In this document: piece by piece, positions 18,221-28,056 of the stretch
Layout: every line of letters starts with the position of its first letter
Position numbering within the stretch: the stretch's first letter is position 1
Origin: Acidimicrobiales bacterium
GTDB taxonomy: Bacteria > Actinomycetota > Acidimicrobiia > Acidimicrobiales > SZUA-35
Direction: 5' to 3'
DNA: 64,000 nucleotides
Assembly (NCBI GenBank): GCA_965216655.1
Contig: CBDCGP010000002.1
Coordinates: 8,482-72,481, forward strand
Position numbers and translations under genes: made by a program
The notes under the pieces: model-generated
What the model was told of the DNA's origin: nothing
Database searches by the model: none
What the model saw: only the letters and a program-made list of their open reading frames with translations

Positions 18221-19927
18221 ATGACGTTCCATCGACTTCGCGCCCTCATCGCGCTTCTGCTCGCCATGACACTGGTTGCCGCGGCCTGCGGGGGTTCGGA
18301 CGACTCAGAGACCGCCGATGACGGCGAAACCGAGGCGGCGGGCGAAGAGGCGGCCGACGACGCCGACGCGGCCGAGGACGAGCCGGAGGACGCCGCCGAT
18401 CAGAACAACGACGCCGGTGACTCCGCCGCGGTCGACGGCGACCCCGTCGCCGGCGGCACATTGATCGTCGGGAGCACCCAGATTCCCCGCCACCTGAACG
18501 GCACCGTGCAATCGGGATATGCGACCGCCGTGCCCGGCACCCAGCTCAACGCCGGGCTTCTGCTCTACGACGCGGAATGGAACCCGCAGCCCTACCTGGC
18601 CGAGAGCTGGGAGGTGGCCGAGGACGGGCTGTCGGTCACGGTCAACCTGGTGCAGAACGCCGTGTTCCACGACGGTGAGCCGATCACCTCCGAAGACGTG
18701 GAGTTCTCGATCCTCACCGCCCAGGCCCACCATCCGTTCAAGACGATGTTCGCACCGGTGACGGGCGTCGACAAACCGGACGATTTCACCGCCGTCATCA
18801 ACCTGAGCCAGCCTCACCCGGCCATCCTGCTGGCCATGTCTCCGGCGCTGCTGCCGATCATCCCGGAGCACATCTTCAACGACGGTCAGGAGATGCCGAC
18901 CCATCCCCGCAACAGCGAGGACTTCATCGGTTCCGGACCGTTCCAGCTGGTCGAGTACAACCCGGAGTCGATCATCCGCATGGAGCGGTTCGACGACTTC
19001 TTCATCGAGGGTCGTCCGTATCTCGACGAGATCGTCATCGAGATCTTCCCCGATGCCTCCCCGATCGTGTTGGGGCTGGAGAACGGGACCACCCACCTGT
19101 CGTCGGCGGCCGGACCGGGCGACATCGTGCGACTGCAGGACAACCCCGATCTGATCGTCACCAGTGATGGTCATGAGGCCATCGGCCAGATCACCTGGCT
19201 CGAGTTCAACCTGGCCGACCCGGTGCTCGGGGTCAAGGAGGTCCGCCAGGCCATCGCCTACGCCCTCGATCGCGACTTCATGGTCGAGGCACTCGACCTT
19301 GGTCTGACGAACCCGGCCCTGACCGGGATCACGCCGTTCAGCCCGTTCTACAACGGCGACGTCGAGGCATATGAGCAGGATCTCGACACGGCCAGGCAGC
19401 TACTGGCCGACGCCGGTTTCGCCGAGGGCGAGATCGAACTCACCATCGAGTACATCCCCGGATTCCCCCAGGGCCAGGCCTACGCCGAGTACGCGGTCCA
19501 AGCGCTGGAGGAGATCGGGATCACCCTCAGTCTCAATCCGTCTCCTGATTTCCCGACCTGGGCCGAGCGGGTGAGCACCGGCGACTACCAGATGACGACC
19601 AACAACGTGTGGAACTGGGGTGATCCGGTGATCGGCGTGCACCGCACGTATCTCAGCTCCAACCGGGTGGGCGTCATCTGGACCAACAACACCGGGTATG
19701 AGAACACCGAGGTCGACTCCCTGCTCGATCAGGCGGGTCAGACGTTCGACGAGGCCGAACGGGCCGACCTCTACGCCCAGTTCCAGGAGATCGTGGCCGA
19801 CGAGGTGCCGATCTACTTCGTGTCCAACCCGCCGTTCTGGCAGATCTACCAGCCGTCGGTGCAGAACCCGCCTCTCAACATCTGGGGTCAGATGTCACCG
19901 ATGCACGAGGTCTGGCTGTCGGAGTAA
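18221..19927 (+). CDS. ABC transporter substrate-binding lipoprotein, family 5 (peptide/nickel type)
   Basis: Lipobox LVAAACGGSDD, acidic linker, about 500-aa SBP_bac_5-like body. It is the first gene of a five-gene importer operon. Confidence 0.9.
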   Translation: MTFHRLRALIALLLAMTLVAAACGGSDDSETADDGETEAAGEEAADDADAAEDEPEDAADQNNDAGDSAAVDGDPVAGGTLIVGSTQIPRHLNGTVQSGYATAVPGTQLNAGLLLYDAEWNPQPYLAESWEVAEDGLSVTVNLVQNAVFHDGEPITSEDVEFSILTAQAHHPFKTMFAPVTGVDKPDDFTAVINLSQPHPAILLAMSPALLPIIPEHIFNDGQEMPTHPRNSEDFIGSGPFQLVEYNPESIIRMERFDDFFIEGRPYLDEIVIEIFPDASPIVLGLENGTTHLSSAAGPGDIVRLQDNPDLIVTSDGHEAIGQITWLEFNLADPVLGVKEVRQAIAYALDRDFMVEALDLGLTNPALTGITPFSPFYNGDVEAYEQDLDTARQLLADAGFAEGEIELTIEYIPGFPQGQAYAEYAVQALEEIGITLSLNPSPDFPTWAERVSTGDYQMTTNNVWNWGDPVIGVHRTYLSSNRVGVIWTNNTGYENTEVDSLLDQAGQTFDEAERADLYAQFQEIVADEVPIYFVSNPPFWQIYQPSVQNPPLNIWGQMSPMHEVWLSE

Positions 19928-19949
19928 CAGCGGGAAGAGGTAGTCGTCG

Positions 19950-20927
19950 ATGAGGACATTCGTCAGCAAGGTCGCTCAGGGTCTCGGGCTGATCCTTGCC
20001 GTCATCGTTCTCAACTTCACCATGATCCACCTGACCCCCGGCGACCCGGCAACGGTGCTCGCCGGGGAGAGTGGCGCCGGCGATCCCGAGATCATGGCCC
20101 AGGTCAGAGCCGACTACGGGCTCGACCAGCCGTTCATCGTGCAGCTGGGCAACTACTTGGCCGACGTCGTCCGGGGTGATCTCGGGTTCTCGTATTTCTT
20201 CGACGAGCCGGTCACGACGCTGATCGGGCGGCGTATCGGGCCGACGATTCTGCTGGTCGGCGCCGCGCTCGTCTTCTCCGTGGTACTGGGGGTGCTGGCC
20301 GGCGTCTTCACGGCTCGACGGCCCGAGTCGGCATCGAGTCACACGGTGACGGTTCTGGCCCTGGTCGGTTACTCGATGCCCGTGTTCTGGACCGGCATCC
20401 TGCTGATCATCCTGTTCGCGTCGGTGTTCGAGATCCTGCCGATCGCCGGGATGCGCGACGTCCGCTTCGAGGGCGGTACGTTTGCCGCCGTGGTCGATGT
20501 GGCCAAGCATCTGATCCTGCCCGCGCTCACCCTCGGACTGTTGTATCTGGCGCAGTACTCCCGGCTGGCCCGGGCCTCGATGCTCGAGGTTCTGCAATCC
20601 GACTACATTCGCACCGCCCGGGCCAAGGGCCTGTCGGAGCGGATCGTCGTCTACAAGCACGCCCTTCGCAACGCCGTGATTCCGGTGGTGACCATCGCCG
20701 GGCTCCAGTTCGGCGCTCTGCTGTCGGGTGCCCTCCTGGTGGAGACCGTGTTCAACTGGCCGGGCCTCGGTCGTCTTGCGTTCGACTCGATTCTGCGCCG
20801 CGACACATCCGTGTTGTTGGGTGTGCTGTTGATGTCAGCGGTGCTGGTGGTGGTGGCCAATCTGTTGACCGACCTCGTCTACCGGCTCATCGATCCCCGA
20901 ATACGGGTGGGAGGATCACGCGCATGA
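19950..20927 (+). CDS. ABC transporter permease (DppB/OppB-like)
   Basis: N-terminal MRTFVSKVAQGLGLILAVIVLNFTMIHLTPGDP and the EAA-loop region DYIRTARAKGLSE. Confidence 0.9.
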   Translation: MRTFVSKVAQGLGLILAVIVLNFTMIHLTPGDPATVLAGESGAGDPEIMAQVRADYGLDQPFIVQLGNYLADVVRGDLGFSYFFDEPVTTLIGRRIGPTILLVGAALVFSVVLGVLAGVFTARRPESASSHTVTVLALVGYSMPVFWTGILLIILFASVFEILPIAGMRDVRFEGGTFAAVVDVAKHLILPALTLGLLYLAQYSRLARASMLEVLQSDYIRTARAKGLSERIVVYKHALRNAVIPVVTIAGLQFGALLSGALLVETVFNWPGLGRLAFDSILRRDTSVLLGVLLMSAVLVVVANLLTDLVYRLIDPRIRVGGSRA

Positions 20928-21850
20928 CCGCGGCACAGGAACCGGACCTTCTCGTCGGCCCGCTGGGGGCGGATCTCGGCCCGACGGTCGACAGTGTGGT
21001 GGCCGGTCCCCCCAACCGGCAGGCATTGCGGCTGTTCCTCCGCAACAAGGCCGCCGTCTTCGGCCTGGTCCTCTTCGTCTCCATTCTCCTCATGACCATC
21101 TTCGGGCCGATGCTGTACGACAACGACCCGTCCGACATCATCGCCCGGCCGCTCTCGGCCCCCGGCGGCGAAAACGACGCTCCGATGCTGGGCACCGACT
21201 ACCTCGGCCGTGACGTGCTCGCCGGTGTCATCAACGGCGGCCGGGTCAGCCTGGTGGTTGCCGGTCTCGCTGCGCTCATGGTCGTCTTCATCGGGGTGAC
21301 GATCGGCGCGGTCGCCGGCTACTACGGCGGCTGGGTCGACTCGGCCCTCATGCGATTCACGGAGTTCTTCCAGGTCCTGCCCGCCCTGCTGTTCGCCATG
21401 GTCGTCGTCGCCCTCTTCGCACCGTCGATCACCACCATCGCCATCGCCATCGGGTTGGTGGCGTGGCCCAGTATCGCCCGCCTGACCAGAGCCGAGTTCC
21501 TCCGGCTCAAGAACCTGGAGTACGTCAAGGCGGCCCGGGCCATCGGAGCCGGTGACTGGTCGATCATGTCGAAGGTCATCTTTCCCAATGCCCTGCCGCC
21601 GCTGATCGTGTCGGCCTCGCTGCTGATGGGCGCCGCACTGCTGTTCGAGGCGGGGCTTGCCTTCCTCGGGCTGAGCGATCCCAACACCTTGAGCTGGGGG
21701 CTGATGATCGGCCTCAACCGGGCCAATTTCCTCAGCGCCTGGTGGACGGTCACGTTCCCCGGGCTGGCCATCTTCCTCACCGTTTTGAGCTTCAGCCTCA
21801 TCGGTGACGGCCTCCAGGACGCCTTCAATCCGAAACTGCGAGGCCGCTGA
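20924..21850 (+). CDS. ABC transporter permease (DppC/OppC-like)
   Basis: Overlaps the upstream stop (ATGA). Motifs GTDYLGRDVLAGV and EYVKAARAIGAG. Confidence 0.9.
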   Translation: MTAAQEPDLLVGPLGADLGPTVDSVVAGPPNRQALRLFLRNKAAVFGLVLFVSILLMTIFGPMLYDNDPSDIIARPLSAPGGENDAPMLGTDYLGRDVLAGVINGGRVSLVVAGLAALMVVFIGVTIGAVAGYYGGWVDSALMRFTEFFQVLPALLFAMVVVALFAPSITTIAIAIGLVAWPSIARLTRAEFLRLKNLEYVKAARAIGAGDWSIMSKVIFPNALPPLIVSASLLMGAALLFEAGLAFLGLSDPNTLSWGLMIGLNRANFLSAWWTVTFPGLAIFLTVLSFSLIGDGLQDAFNPKLRGR

Positions 21851-22728
21851 TGAGCCGGTTCGGGTTCGACCCGATCCTGTCGGTCCGTGACCTCACCGTC
21901 ACGTTCGGTTCATTCACCGCGGTCAGCGATGTGTCGTTCGACCTGACCCCCGGTCGGACACTGGCGGTGGTGGGGGAGTCGGGGTCGGGCAAGTCGGTGA
22001 CGGCACTGTCGATCATGCGCCTGGTCGAGCTCGGGAGTCGAGGTCGCATCACCGCCGGTGAGATCCAGTTCCGCCGGCCCGACGGCTCCATTGTCGATCT
22101 CGTTCAGACCGACGAGGAGGAGATGCGCCACATCCGGGGCAACCAGATCTCGATGATCTTCCAGGAGCCTCTGACCAGTCTCAATCCGGTCTACACCGTC
22201 GGTAATCAGGTGGCCGAGGCGGTCATGTTGCATCAGGGCCTCGACAAGGACGCGGCCCGGAAACGAGCTCTCGAGATGTTCGAGCTCGTCCGCATTCCGA
22301 ATCCGTCGGAACGGCTCGACCAGTACCCACACGAGATGTCGGGCGGTATGCGTCAACGGGTGATGATCGCCATGGCGCTGTCGTGCGACCCGACCGTGCT
22401 GATCGCGGATGAGCCGACCACCGCCCTCGACGTCACCATTCAGGCCCAGATCCTGGGGCTCATGCGGGATCTCCAGAACGAGACCGGGGCGTCGGTCATC
22501 ATGATCACCCACGACATGGGCGTGGTGGCCGAGGTGGCCGACGAGGTCGTGGTGATGAACCGCTCGAAAGTGGTGGAAACCGGAACGGCAATCGAGATCT
22601 TCGAGAACCCCAAGGAGACCTACACCCGGTCGCTTCTGGCCGCCGTTCCCCGACTGGGGTCGATGAGCGGCACCGATGTGCCGTCGCGGTTCGACCTGGT
22701 TACCACCGGCGAGGGGCCCGACCAGTGA
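21850..22728 (+). CDS. ABC transporter ATP-binding protein (DppD/OppD-like)
   Basis: Walker A GESGSGKS, signature MSGGMRQRV, Walker B LIADEPTTALD. Confidence 0.9.
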   Translation: MSRFGFDPILSVRDLTVTFGSFTAVSDVSFDLTPGRTLAVVGESGSGKSVTALSIMRLVELGSRGRITAGEIQFRRPDGSIVDLVQTDEEEMRHIRGNQISMIFQEPLTSLNPVYTVGNQVAEAVMLHQGLDKDAARKRALEMFELVRIPNPSERLDQYPHEMSGGMRQRVMIAMALSCDPTVLIADEPTTALDVTIQAQILGLMRDLQNETGASVIMITHDMGVVAEVADEVVVMNRSKVVETGTAIEIFENPKETYTRSLLAAVPRLGSMSGTDVPSRFDLVTTGEGPDQ

Positions 22729-23669
22729 CCGCCGTCGCCGACGCCGGAACGCCGGCTCCCGACGGGATCGACACGCCCCTGGTGCGGGTGACCGATCTCA
22801 CGAAGCGGTTTCCGGTCGGTCCCGACACCGTGCACGCGGTCGAGGAGGTGTCGCTGGCGATCGGCCGGGCGGAGACCTTGGCCGTGGTGGGCGAGAGCGG
22901 CTGCGGCAAATCGACGCTGGCCAACCTGATCGTTCGGCTGCTCGACCCGACCAGCGGCCGGGTCGAACTCGACGGCGTCGACATCACCGATCTGGGCACC
23001 CGGGCGTTGAAGCCCCACAGACGCAAGATGCAGATCATCTTCCAGGACCCGTTCGCCAGCCTTGATCCCCGCCGCCAGGTCGGCAAGGCGGTGGCCGAAC
23101 CGCTGCTCATCCACGGGGTGGCGAAGAAGGGAGCGGCGCTCGACGACAAGGTCCGCAACCTGTTCGAGGTCGTCGGCCTCGAGGCGTCGCACGTCAACCA
23201 GTTCCCGCATCAATTCTCGGGCGGGCAGCGGCAGCGCATCTGCATCGCCCGGGCCCTGGCCCTGGAACCGGAGCTGGTCGTGGCCGATGAGGCGGTCTCC
23301 GCGCTCGATGTGTCCATCCAGGCCCAGGTCATCAATTTGATGATGGATCTTCAGGCCGAGCGCGGTCTCAGCTACCTGTTCATCAGCCACGATCTGGCGG
23401 TGGTCGAACGGGTCAGTCACCGGGTCGCGGTGATGTACCTGGGCCAGATCGTCGAGCTTGGATCCCGAGCCCAGATCTTCGAGAACCCGCAGCATTCCTA
23501 CACGAAACGCCTGCTGGCCGCGGTGCCGATCGCGGATCCGCGCCGTCGGCGCGACCGACCGCTGCTGACCGGGGAGATCCCGAGTCCGGTCTGGAAAGCC
23601 GGAACCGGGCCGACCCTGGTCGAACACGTCGAGATCGAACCCGGCCACCTTGTGGCCCGCGAAGACTAG
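22725..23669 (+). CDS. ABC transporter ATP-binding protein (DppF/OppF-like)
   Basis: Walker A GESGCGKST, signature FSGGQRQRI, Walker B VVADEAVSALD. Confidence 0.9.
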   Translation: MTAVADAGTPAPDGIDTPLVRVTDLTKRFPVGPDTVHAVEEVSLAIGRAETLAVVGESGCGKSTLANLIVRLLDPTSGRVELDGVDITDLGTRALKPHRRKMQIIFQDPFASLDPRRQVGKAVAEPLLIHGVAKKGAALDDKVRNLFEVVGLEASHVNQFPHQFSGGQRQRICIARALALEPELVVADEAVSALDVSIQAQVINLMMDLQAERGLSYLFISHDLAVVERVSHRVAVMYLGQIVELGSRAQIFENPQHSYTKRLLAAVPIADPRRRRDRPLLTGEIPSPVWKAGTGPTLVEHVEIEPGHLVARED

Positions 23670-23686
23670 CCGAAGGAGCCGCCCCC

Positions 23687-25360
23687 ATGACCACGACCGT
23701 TTTCACCGCGCGCCGGATCATCACGATGAACCCTGCCCGGCCGTTTGCCGAGGCAGTGGCTGTTCGTGACGGTCGCATTCTGGCCGTCGGTTCCGCCGAC
23801 GAGCTGGCGTCGTGGGGTGACCACACGGTCGACGCCACGTTTGCCGGTCACGTGCTGCTCCCCGGGTTCGTCGAGGCCCACTCCCACGCCATGGTCGGCG
23901 GCATGTGGACAATGCCGTACGTCGGCTACTTCGACCGGATCGCTCCCGACGGCAGCCACTGGCCGGGCTGTAAATCGATCGACGAGGTCCTCGACCGGCT
24001 CCGTTCGGTGGCGGCCGAGATGGACGATCCGAATGAAACCCTGGTGGCGTGGGGCCTCGACCCGATCTACTTCGATGCAAACGACCGGCTGCTGGCCGAA
24101 CACCTGGATCGGGTGTCCGACACCCGACCGATCTTCGTCTACCACGTCAGCGGCCACCTGGCCACCGCCAACACGGCGCTCCTGGCCGCCGAGGGCATCG
24201 ACCGTCACACGCCGACCCCCGGTGTGTCCCGCCGGGCCGACGGCGAGCCCGACGGCGAGTTGCAGGAACCGGCGGCCATGACCCTGGCCCGCGAGGCGTG
24301 GGACAAGATCCGATCCGCCTTCGCCACCGACGAGGTGCCGTGGAACTACGCTCACGAGGCCCGTAACGCCGGCCACACCACGATCACCGATCTCGGCACC
24401 ACGCAGCTCTACGATCCTGAGCAGCTCGACCGATGGCGGCGGGTCACATCCGATCCCGACTTTCCGGCCCGGGTCATGGTGGCCGCCGGCCCCGGCATCG
24501 GCGGAGGCGGCGACCACGACGAGTACGCGGCTCTCGCGGTCGATCTGCGTGACAACGACACCACCGGTGACAAACTCCACTTCGGCATCGTCAAGATCAT
24601 CCTCGACGGATCCATCCAGGGTTTCACCGCTCGGATCAGCTGGCCCCACTACTACTCGGCCCCGGCCGAGCATCCGGGCAACGGGCTGTGGCTGATGGAT
24701 CCGTCGACGATCGCCGATGTGGTCGGCGCCTACCATCGAGCCGGCTTGACCGTCCACTGCCACTGCAACGGCGACGAGGCCTCCGAGGTGTTCATCGACG
24801 CGGTCGAGAAGGCCCTGGTCGATCATCCCCGGTGGGATCATCGTCACACCGTGCAGCACTGCCAGCTGACCACGAAGGCCCAGTACCGGCGGATGGCGCA
24901 GCTCGGGATGGCGGCCAACATCTTCTCCAACCACATCTTCTACTGGGGCGACCAGCACCGCGACATCACCGTGGGTCCGGAACGGGCCGCCGGTATGGAC
25001 GCCTGCGCCACCGCCCTGCGGGAGGGGGTGTCGTTCTCGTTCCACTCCGACACGCCGGTGACGCCTATGGGCCACCTCCATGTCGCCTGGTGTGCGGTGA
25101 ACCGGCGTACCGCGTCGGGGCAGGTTCTCGGGGCAGACGAGACGATCTCGGTGGCCGATGCCCTCCACGCCGCCACGCTGGGTGGGGCCCACCAGCTCAA
25201 GTTGGATCACCTGGTTGGTTCGATCGAGGCCGGCAAGTTCGCCGACTTCGCGGTGCTCGACGACGACCCGCTCGAGGTCGACCCCATGACCCTGAAGGAC
25301 ATCGGGGTGTGGGGGACCGTGTTGGGCGGGGTTCCCCAGCAGGCAGCCCAACCGGCCTGA
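23687..25360 (+). CDS. metal-dependent amidohydrolase (Amidohydro_3 / YtcJ-like)
   Basis: LLPGFVEAHSH (HxH metal site), HCHCNGDEA, FSFHSDTPV. Confidence 0.85.
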   Translation: MTTTVFTARRIITMNPARPFAEAVAVRDGRILAVGSADELASWGDHTVDATFAGHVLLPGFVEAHSHAMVGGMWTMPYVGYFDRIAPDGSHWPGCKSIDEVLDRLRSVAAEMDDPNETLVAWGLDPIYFDANDRLLAEHLDRVSDTRPIFVYHVSGHLATANTALLAAEGIDRHTPTPGVSRRADGEPDGELQEPAAMTLAREAWDKIRSAFATDEVPWNYAHEARNAGHTTITDLGTTQLYDPEQLDRWRRVTSDPDFPARVMVAAGPGIGGGGDHDEYAALAVDLRDNDTTGDKLHFGIVKIILDGSIQGFTARISWPHYYSAPAEHPGNGLWLMDPSTIADVVGAYHRAGLTVHCHCNGDEASEVFIDAVEKALVDHPRWDHRHTVQHCQLTTKAQYRRMAQLGMAANIFSNHIFYWGDQHRDITVGPERAAGMDACATALREGVSFSFHSDTPVTPMGHLHVAWCAVNRRTASGQVLGADETISVADALHAATLGGAHQLKLDHLVGSIEAGKFADFAVLDDDPLEVDPMTLKDIGVWGTVLGGVPQQAAQPA

Positions 25361-25380
25361 TCACGCTGTAGGTTCGCCAT

Positions 25381-26559
25381 GTGAGCAACGTCGCCGCGGA
25401 CTCGGGCCGTGCCATCCGCCATGTCCTGGCCAACTGGCTCGGTCAGACGCTGCTGGTCGCCGGGCTCGTCGTCCTGATCCCGCTGCACCTCACGGCGATC
25501 GGCTTCGGGGTCGACGCCATTGCCGCGGTCACGGCGGCCGCGGGAATCGGGGGTATCGTCGCCGCGGAACCGGTGGGTCGGGCGGCGGCTCGGATCGGTG
25601 CCGTGCGTCTCCTGCGGATTGGCGTCGCCGCAATGAGCGCAGTCGTGATCGCCATCGGGCTCGTCGATTCCCTTGTCGTCCTGGTTCTGCTCAACGGCGT
25701 GGTCGGCGTGTGTATCTCAATGGTGCGGGTCGGGAGCCAGATGCTGGTCGGGAACCGGGTCGGCGACGAACGGCGTGGTCGTGTCCACGCCGTCCAGGGA
25801 TTTGTCGGCCGGGTCGGCATGCTTCTGTCCCCGGTCGCCATCGGCTTCGCCTGGGAGCAGTTCACGTCCACCTGGAGCTTTGTGTTGACGGTGGCGGCGG
25901 CTCTCCTCGCCGTGGCGGTCGGCGGCTCGCTCGATGCGGCTCCGGTGGCTCCACGACGTGCACGAGGGGTGGTCATCACATCGTGGTCGACCATGGTGCG
26001 CTACAGCTCCGGTCCGACCCTGTTCACCGCCGCCCGCTCGGGCCGCAACCTCCTGCTGCCGCTGATCGGCCTCGAACTGGGCTTGTCGCCGTCGCGGATC
26101 GGGTTGCTGGTCGGCATCGGTTCGGCCGCCGATGTTCTGGCGGCCCCGGTGTCGGGTCCGATCATGGACGGCCGGGGGCGGCTGGCCACGATCATCCCGT
26201 CGTTCTCGTTGACCGCGGCCGGGTTCGGCATCCTCGGTGTGGCCGACAGCGGTTGGCTGGTCGCCATCGCCGCTGTCGTCCTGGGCCTGGCCAACGGGCT
26301 GAGCGCTGGGCTGCTGCTCACCCTCGGCACCGATCTCGCTCCGATCGGGAACGAGGGTCCGTTCCTGGGACGCTTCGGCGCCATGCACGACGCCGGCCGG
26401 TTGCTCGGGCCGCTCATCGTCGGGCTGTTGGGCGATCGGCTCGGCCTTGGAGCAGCCGCCGGAACCCTTGCGGTGGTGACGCTGCTCGGCCTCGGGTGCA
26501 TTCTCGGTTTCGTCGGTGAGACCCGTCCGTTTGCGTCGGTTCCCTCTAGGGTTTCGTGA
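25381..26559 (+). CDS. MFS transporter
   Basis: About 12 hydrophobic segments in 392 aa, with a GTG start. Confidence 0.75.
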   Translation: MSNVAADSGRAIRHVLANWLGQTLLVAGLVVLIPLHLTAIGFGVDAIAAVTAAAGIGGIVAAEPVGRAAARIGAVRLLRIGVAAMSAVVIAIGLVDSLVVLVLLNGVVGVCISMVRVGSQMLVGNRVGDERRGRVHAVQGFVGRVGMLLSPVAIGFAWEQFTSTWSFVLTVAAALLAVAVGGSLDAAPVAPRRARGVVITSWSTMVRYSSGPTLFTAARSGRNLLLPLIGLELGLSPSRIGLLVGIGSAADVLAAPVSGPIMDGRGRLATIIPSFSLTAAGFGILGVADSGWLVAIAAVVLGLANGLSAGLLLTLGTDLAPIGNEGPFLGRFGAMHDAGRLLGPLIVGLLGDRLGLGAAAGTLAVVTLLGLGCILGFVGETRPFASVPSRVS

Positions 26560-27524
26560 TGGCCGACGTTCCCAACGCCGTTCCGGTCACCGTCATCGGC
26601 GGGTACCTCGGTGCCGGCAAGACCACGTTGTTGAATCATCTGCTCACCACGTCGGAGTCCCGTCTGGCCGTGCTCGTCAACGACTTCGGTGAGATCAACA
26701 TCGACGCCGGGTTGATCGAGTCCCACGACGGCGACACGATCACGCTGTCGAACGGCTGCATCTGCTGTTCGATGGTCGACGGTTTGGCCGCCGCGCTCGA
26801 GTCGGTGCTCGCACTCGAACCTCGTCCGGAGCGGGTTGTCATCGAGGCCAGCGGGGTGGCCGACCCCGGTACCGTTGCCGGTTTCTGCCATGCCCCCGGG
26901 CTACTGCTCGATGCCGTGGTGGTGGTCATCGACGTCGAGACGGTTCGGTCCAAGGTTGCCGATGCGTACGTCGGCGACATGGCGGCGGCCCAGCTTCGAT
27001 CGGCCGACATCGTCGTCGTCAACAAGGTCGACCTGGTCGACGGCGACACAGTGGAAGACGTGGAACAGTGGCTGCGTGACTACTGTCCGGATGCACTCGT
27101 GCTGCCAACCAGCCAATCGGTCGTGCCGTCCGAGCTGCTGTTCGGGCACGGCTCGGACCGTGGCCTGACCGCTGATTCCGGACCCTCCGACGCCGACCAT
27201 CTCTTCGAGTCCTGGAGTTGGTCGTCACCCGACCCGCTCGACCGGGCCGTCATCGAACGGTTCATGGGCGAGGTCCCGGATCACATCTGGCGGGTCAAGG
27301 GAATCCTGCGGTTGACCGACGACGACCGTCGAGCCTGGGTTCTGCAACGGGTGGGAAAGCGCTGGTCGCTCCGACCCATCGCCGGCCCGGCCGACGGTAT
27401 CACCACGTCGACGATGGTGGCCATCGGTCGCCCCGGCCCCCCTGCTTTTGCGGGTCTGCGACCCATAGACGGGTCGCAGACCGACAAATCCTGGAAGGCG
27501 GGCGATCAGGGAGATTCTCGATGA
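26556..27524 (+). CDS. COG0523 (CobW/ZigA-like) metallochaperone GTPase
   Basis: Walker A GGYLGAGKTTLLNHLL, metal-binding GCICCS motif, and a CobW C-terminal domain (WRVKGILRL). The last ~35 codons contain a hairpin repeat. Confidence 0.85.
   Translation: MMADVPNAVPVTVIGGYLGAGKTTLLNHLLTTSESRLAVLVNDFGEINIDAGLIESHDGDTITLSNGCICCSMVDGLAAALESVLALEPRPERVVIEASGVADPGTVAGFCHAPGLLLDAVVVVIDVETVRSKVADAYVGDMAAAQLRSADIVVVNKVDLVDGDTVEDVEQWLRDYCPDALVLPTSQSVVPSELLFGHGSDRGLTADSGPSDADHLFESWSWSSPDPLDRAVIERFMGEVPDHIWRVKGILRLTDDDRRAWVLQRVGKRWSLRPIAGPADGITTSTMVAIGRPGPPAFAGLRPIDGSQTDKSWKAGDQGDSR
27453..27482. repeat. 12-bp-stem hairpin element, family 2, copy 1
   Basis: GGTCTGCGACCC-ATAGAC-GGGTCGCAGACC. It shares the 21-nt string GCTTTTGCGGGTCTGCGACCC with 41767-41787. 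Confidence 0.8.
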
Positions 27525-28030
27525 TGAATGACTCGGGCACCGAGCCGTTTTCGATCCGCCCCGCCACCGTTGCCGACGTCGACGAGCTGCATCGCCTTGT
27601 CGGGATGCTCGCCGATTCGCTCGACGATCGTGGTCGGTACCACAGCACTCCCGAGAGTTTCGCCCGCTACGGCTTCGGGTCCAATCCGGTGATTCACAGC
27701 CTCCTGGCCGAGGGAGCGGGCGAAGGCGGCCGGGCGATCGGGGCCTGCATCTACCTACCCGACTTCTCCACCTGGCTCGCCCGGCCCGGGGTGTACATCC
27801 TGGACCTGGTGGTCGAGCCCACGCATCGGGGCCGGGGCATCGGTTCGGCCCTGCTGGCCGAGGCGGCCACGAGAGGCTGTGATGAGTGGGATGCCGACTA
27901 CCTGATCCTCTCGGTGGATCGCGACAACACCGGCGCCATCCGTTTCTACGAACGCGAGGGATTCGAGGCCGACGACCACAGCCGGGTCATGATCCGCCGC
28001 GGGCTCGACGGCCTCGGTCACGCCGACTGA
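27521..28030 (+). CDS. GNAT family N-acetyltransferase
   Basis: The ATG overlaps the upstream stop (ATGA). Acetyl-CoA motif THRGRGIGSALL and YEREGF. Confidence 0.8.
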   Translation: MMNDSGTEPFSIRPATVADVDELHRLVGMLADSLDDRGRYHSTPESFARYGFGSNPVIHSLLAEGAGEGGRAIGACIYLPDFSTWLARPGVYILDLVVEPTHRGRGIGSALLAEAATRGCDEWDADYLILSVDRDNTGAIRFYEREGFEADDHSRVMIRRGLDGLGHAD

Positions 28031-28056
28031 CACCGGCGGCCGGACCGCCCAACCCG

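Noticed and set aside
23666-25351. 561-aa minus-strand ORF antisense to the amidohydrolase
   Set aside because: It is a shadow ORF. The plus strand has the HxH amidohydrolase motifs and operon continuity.
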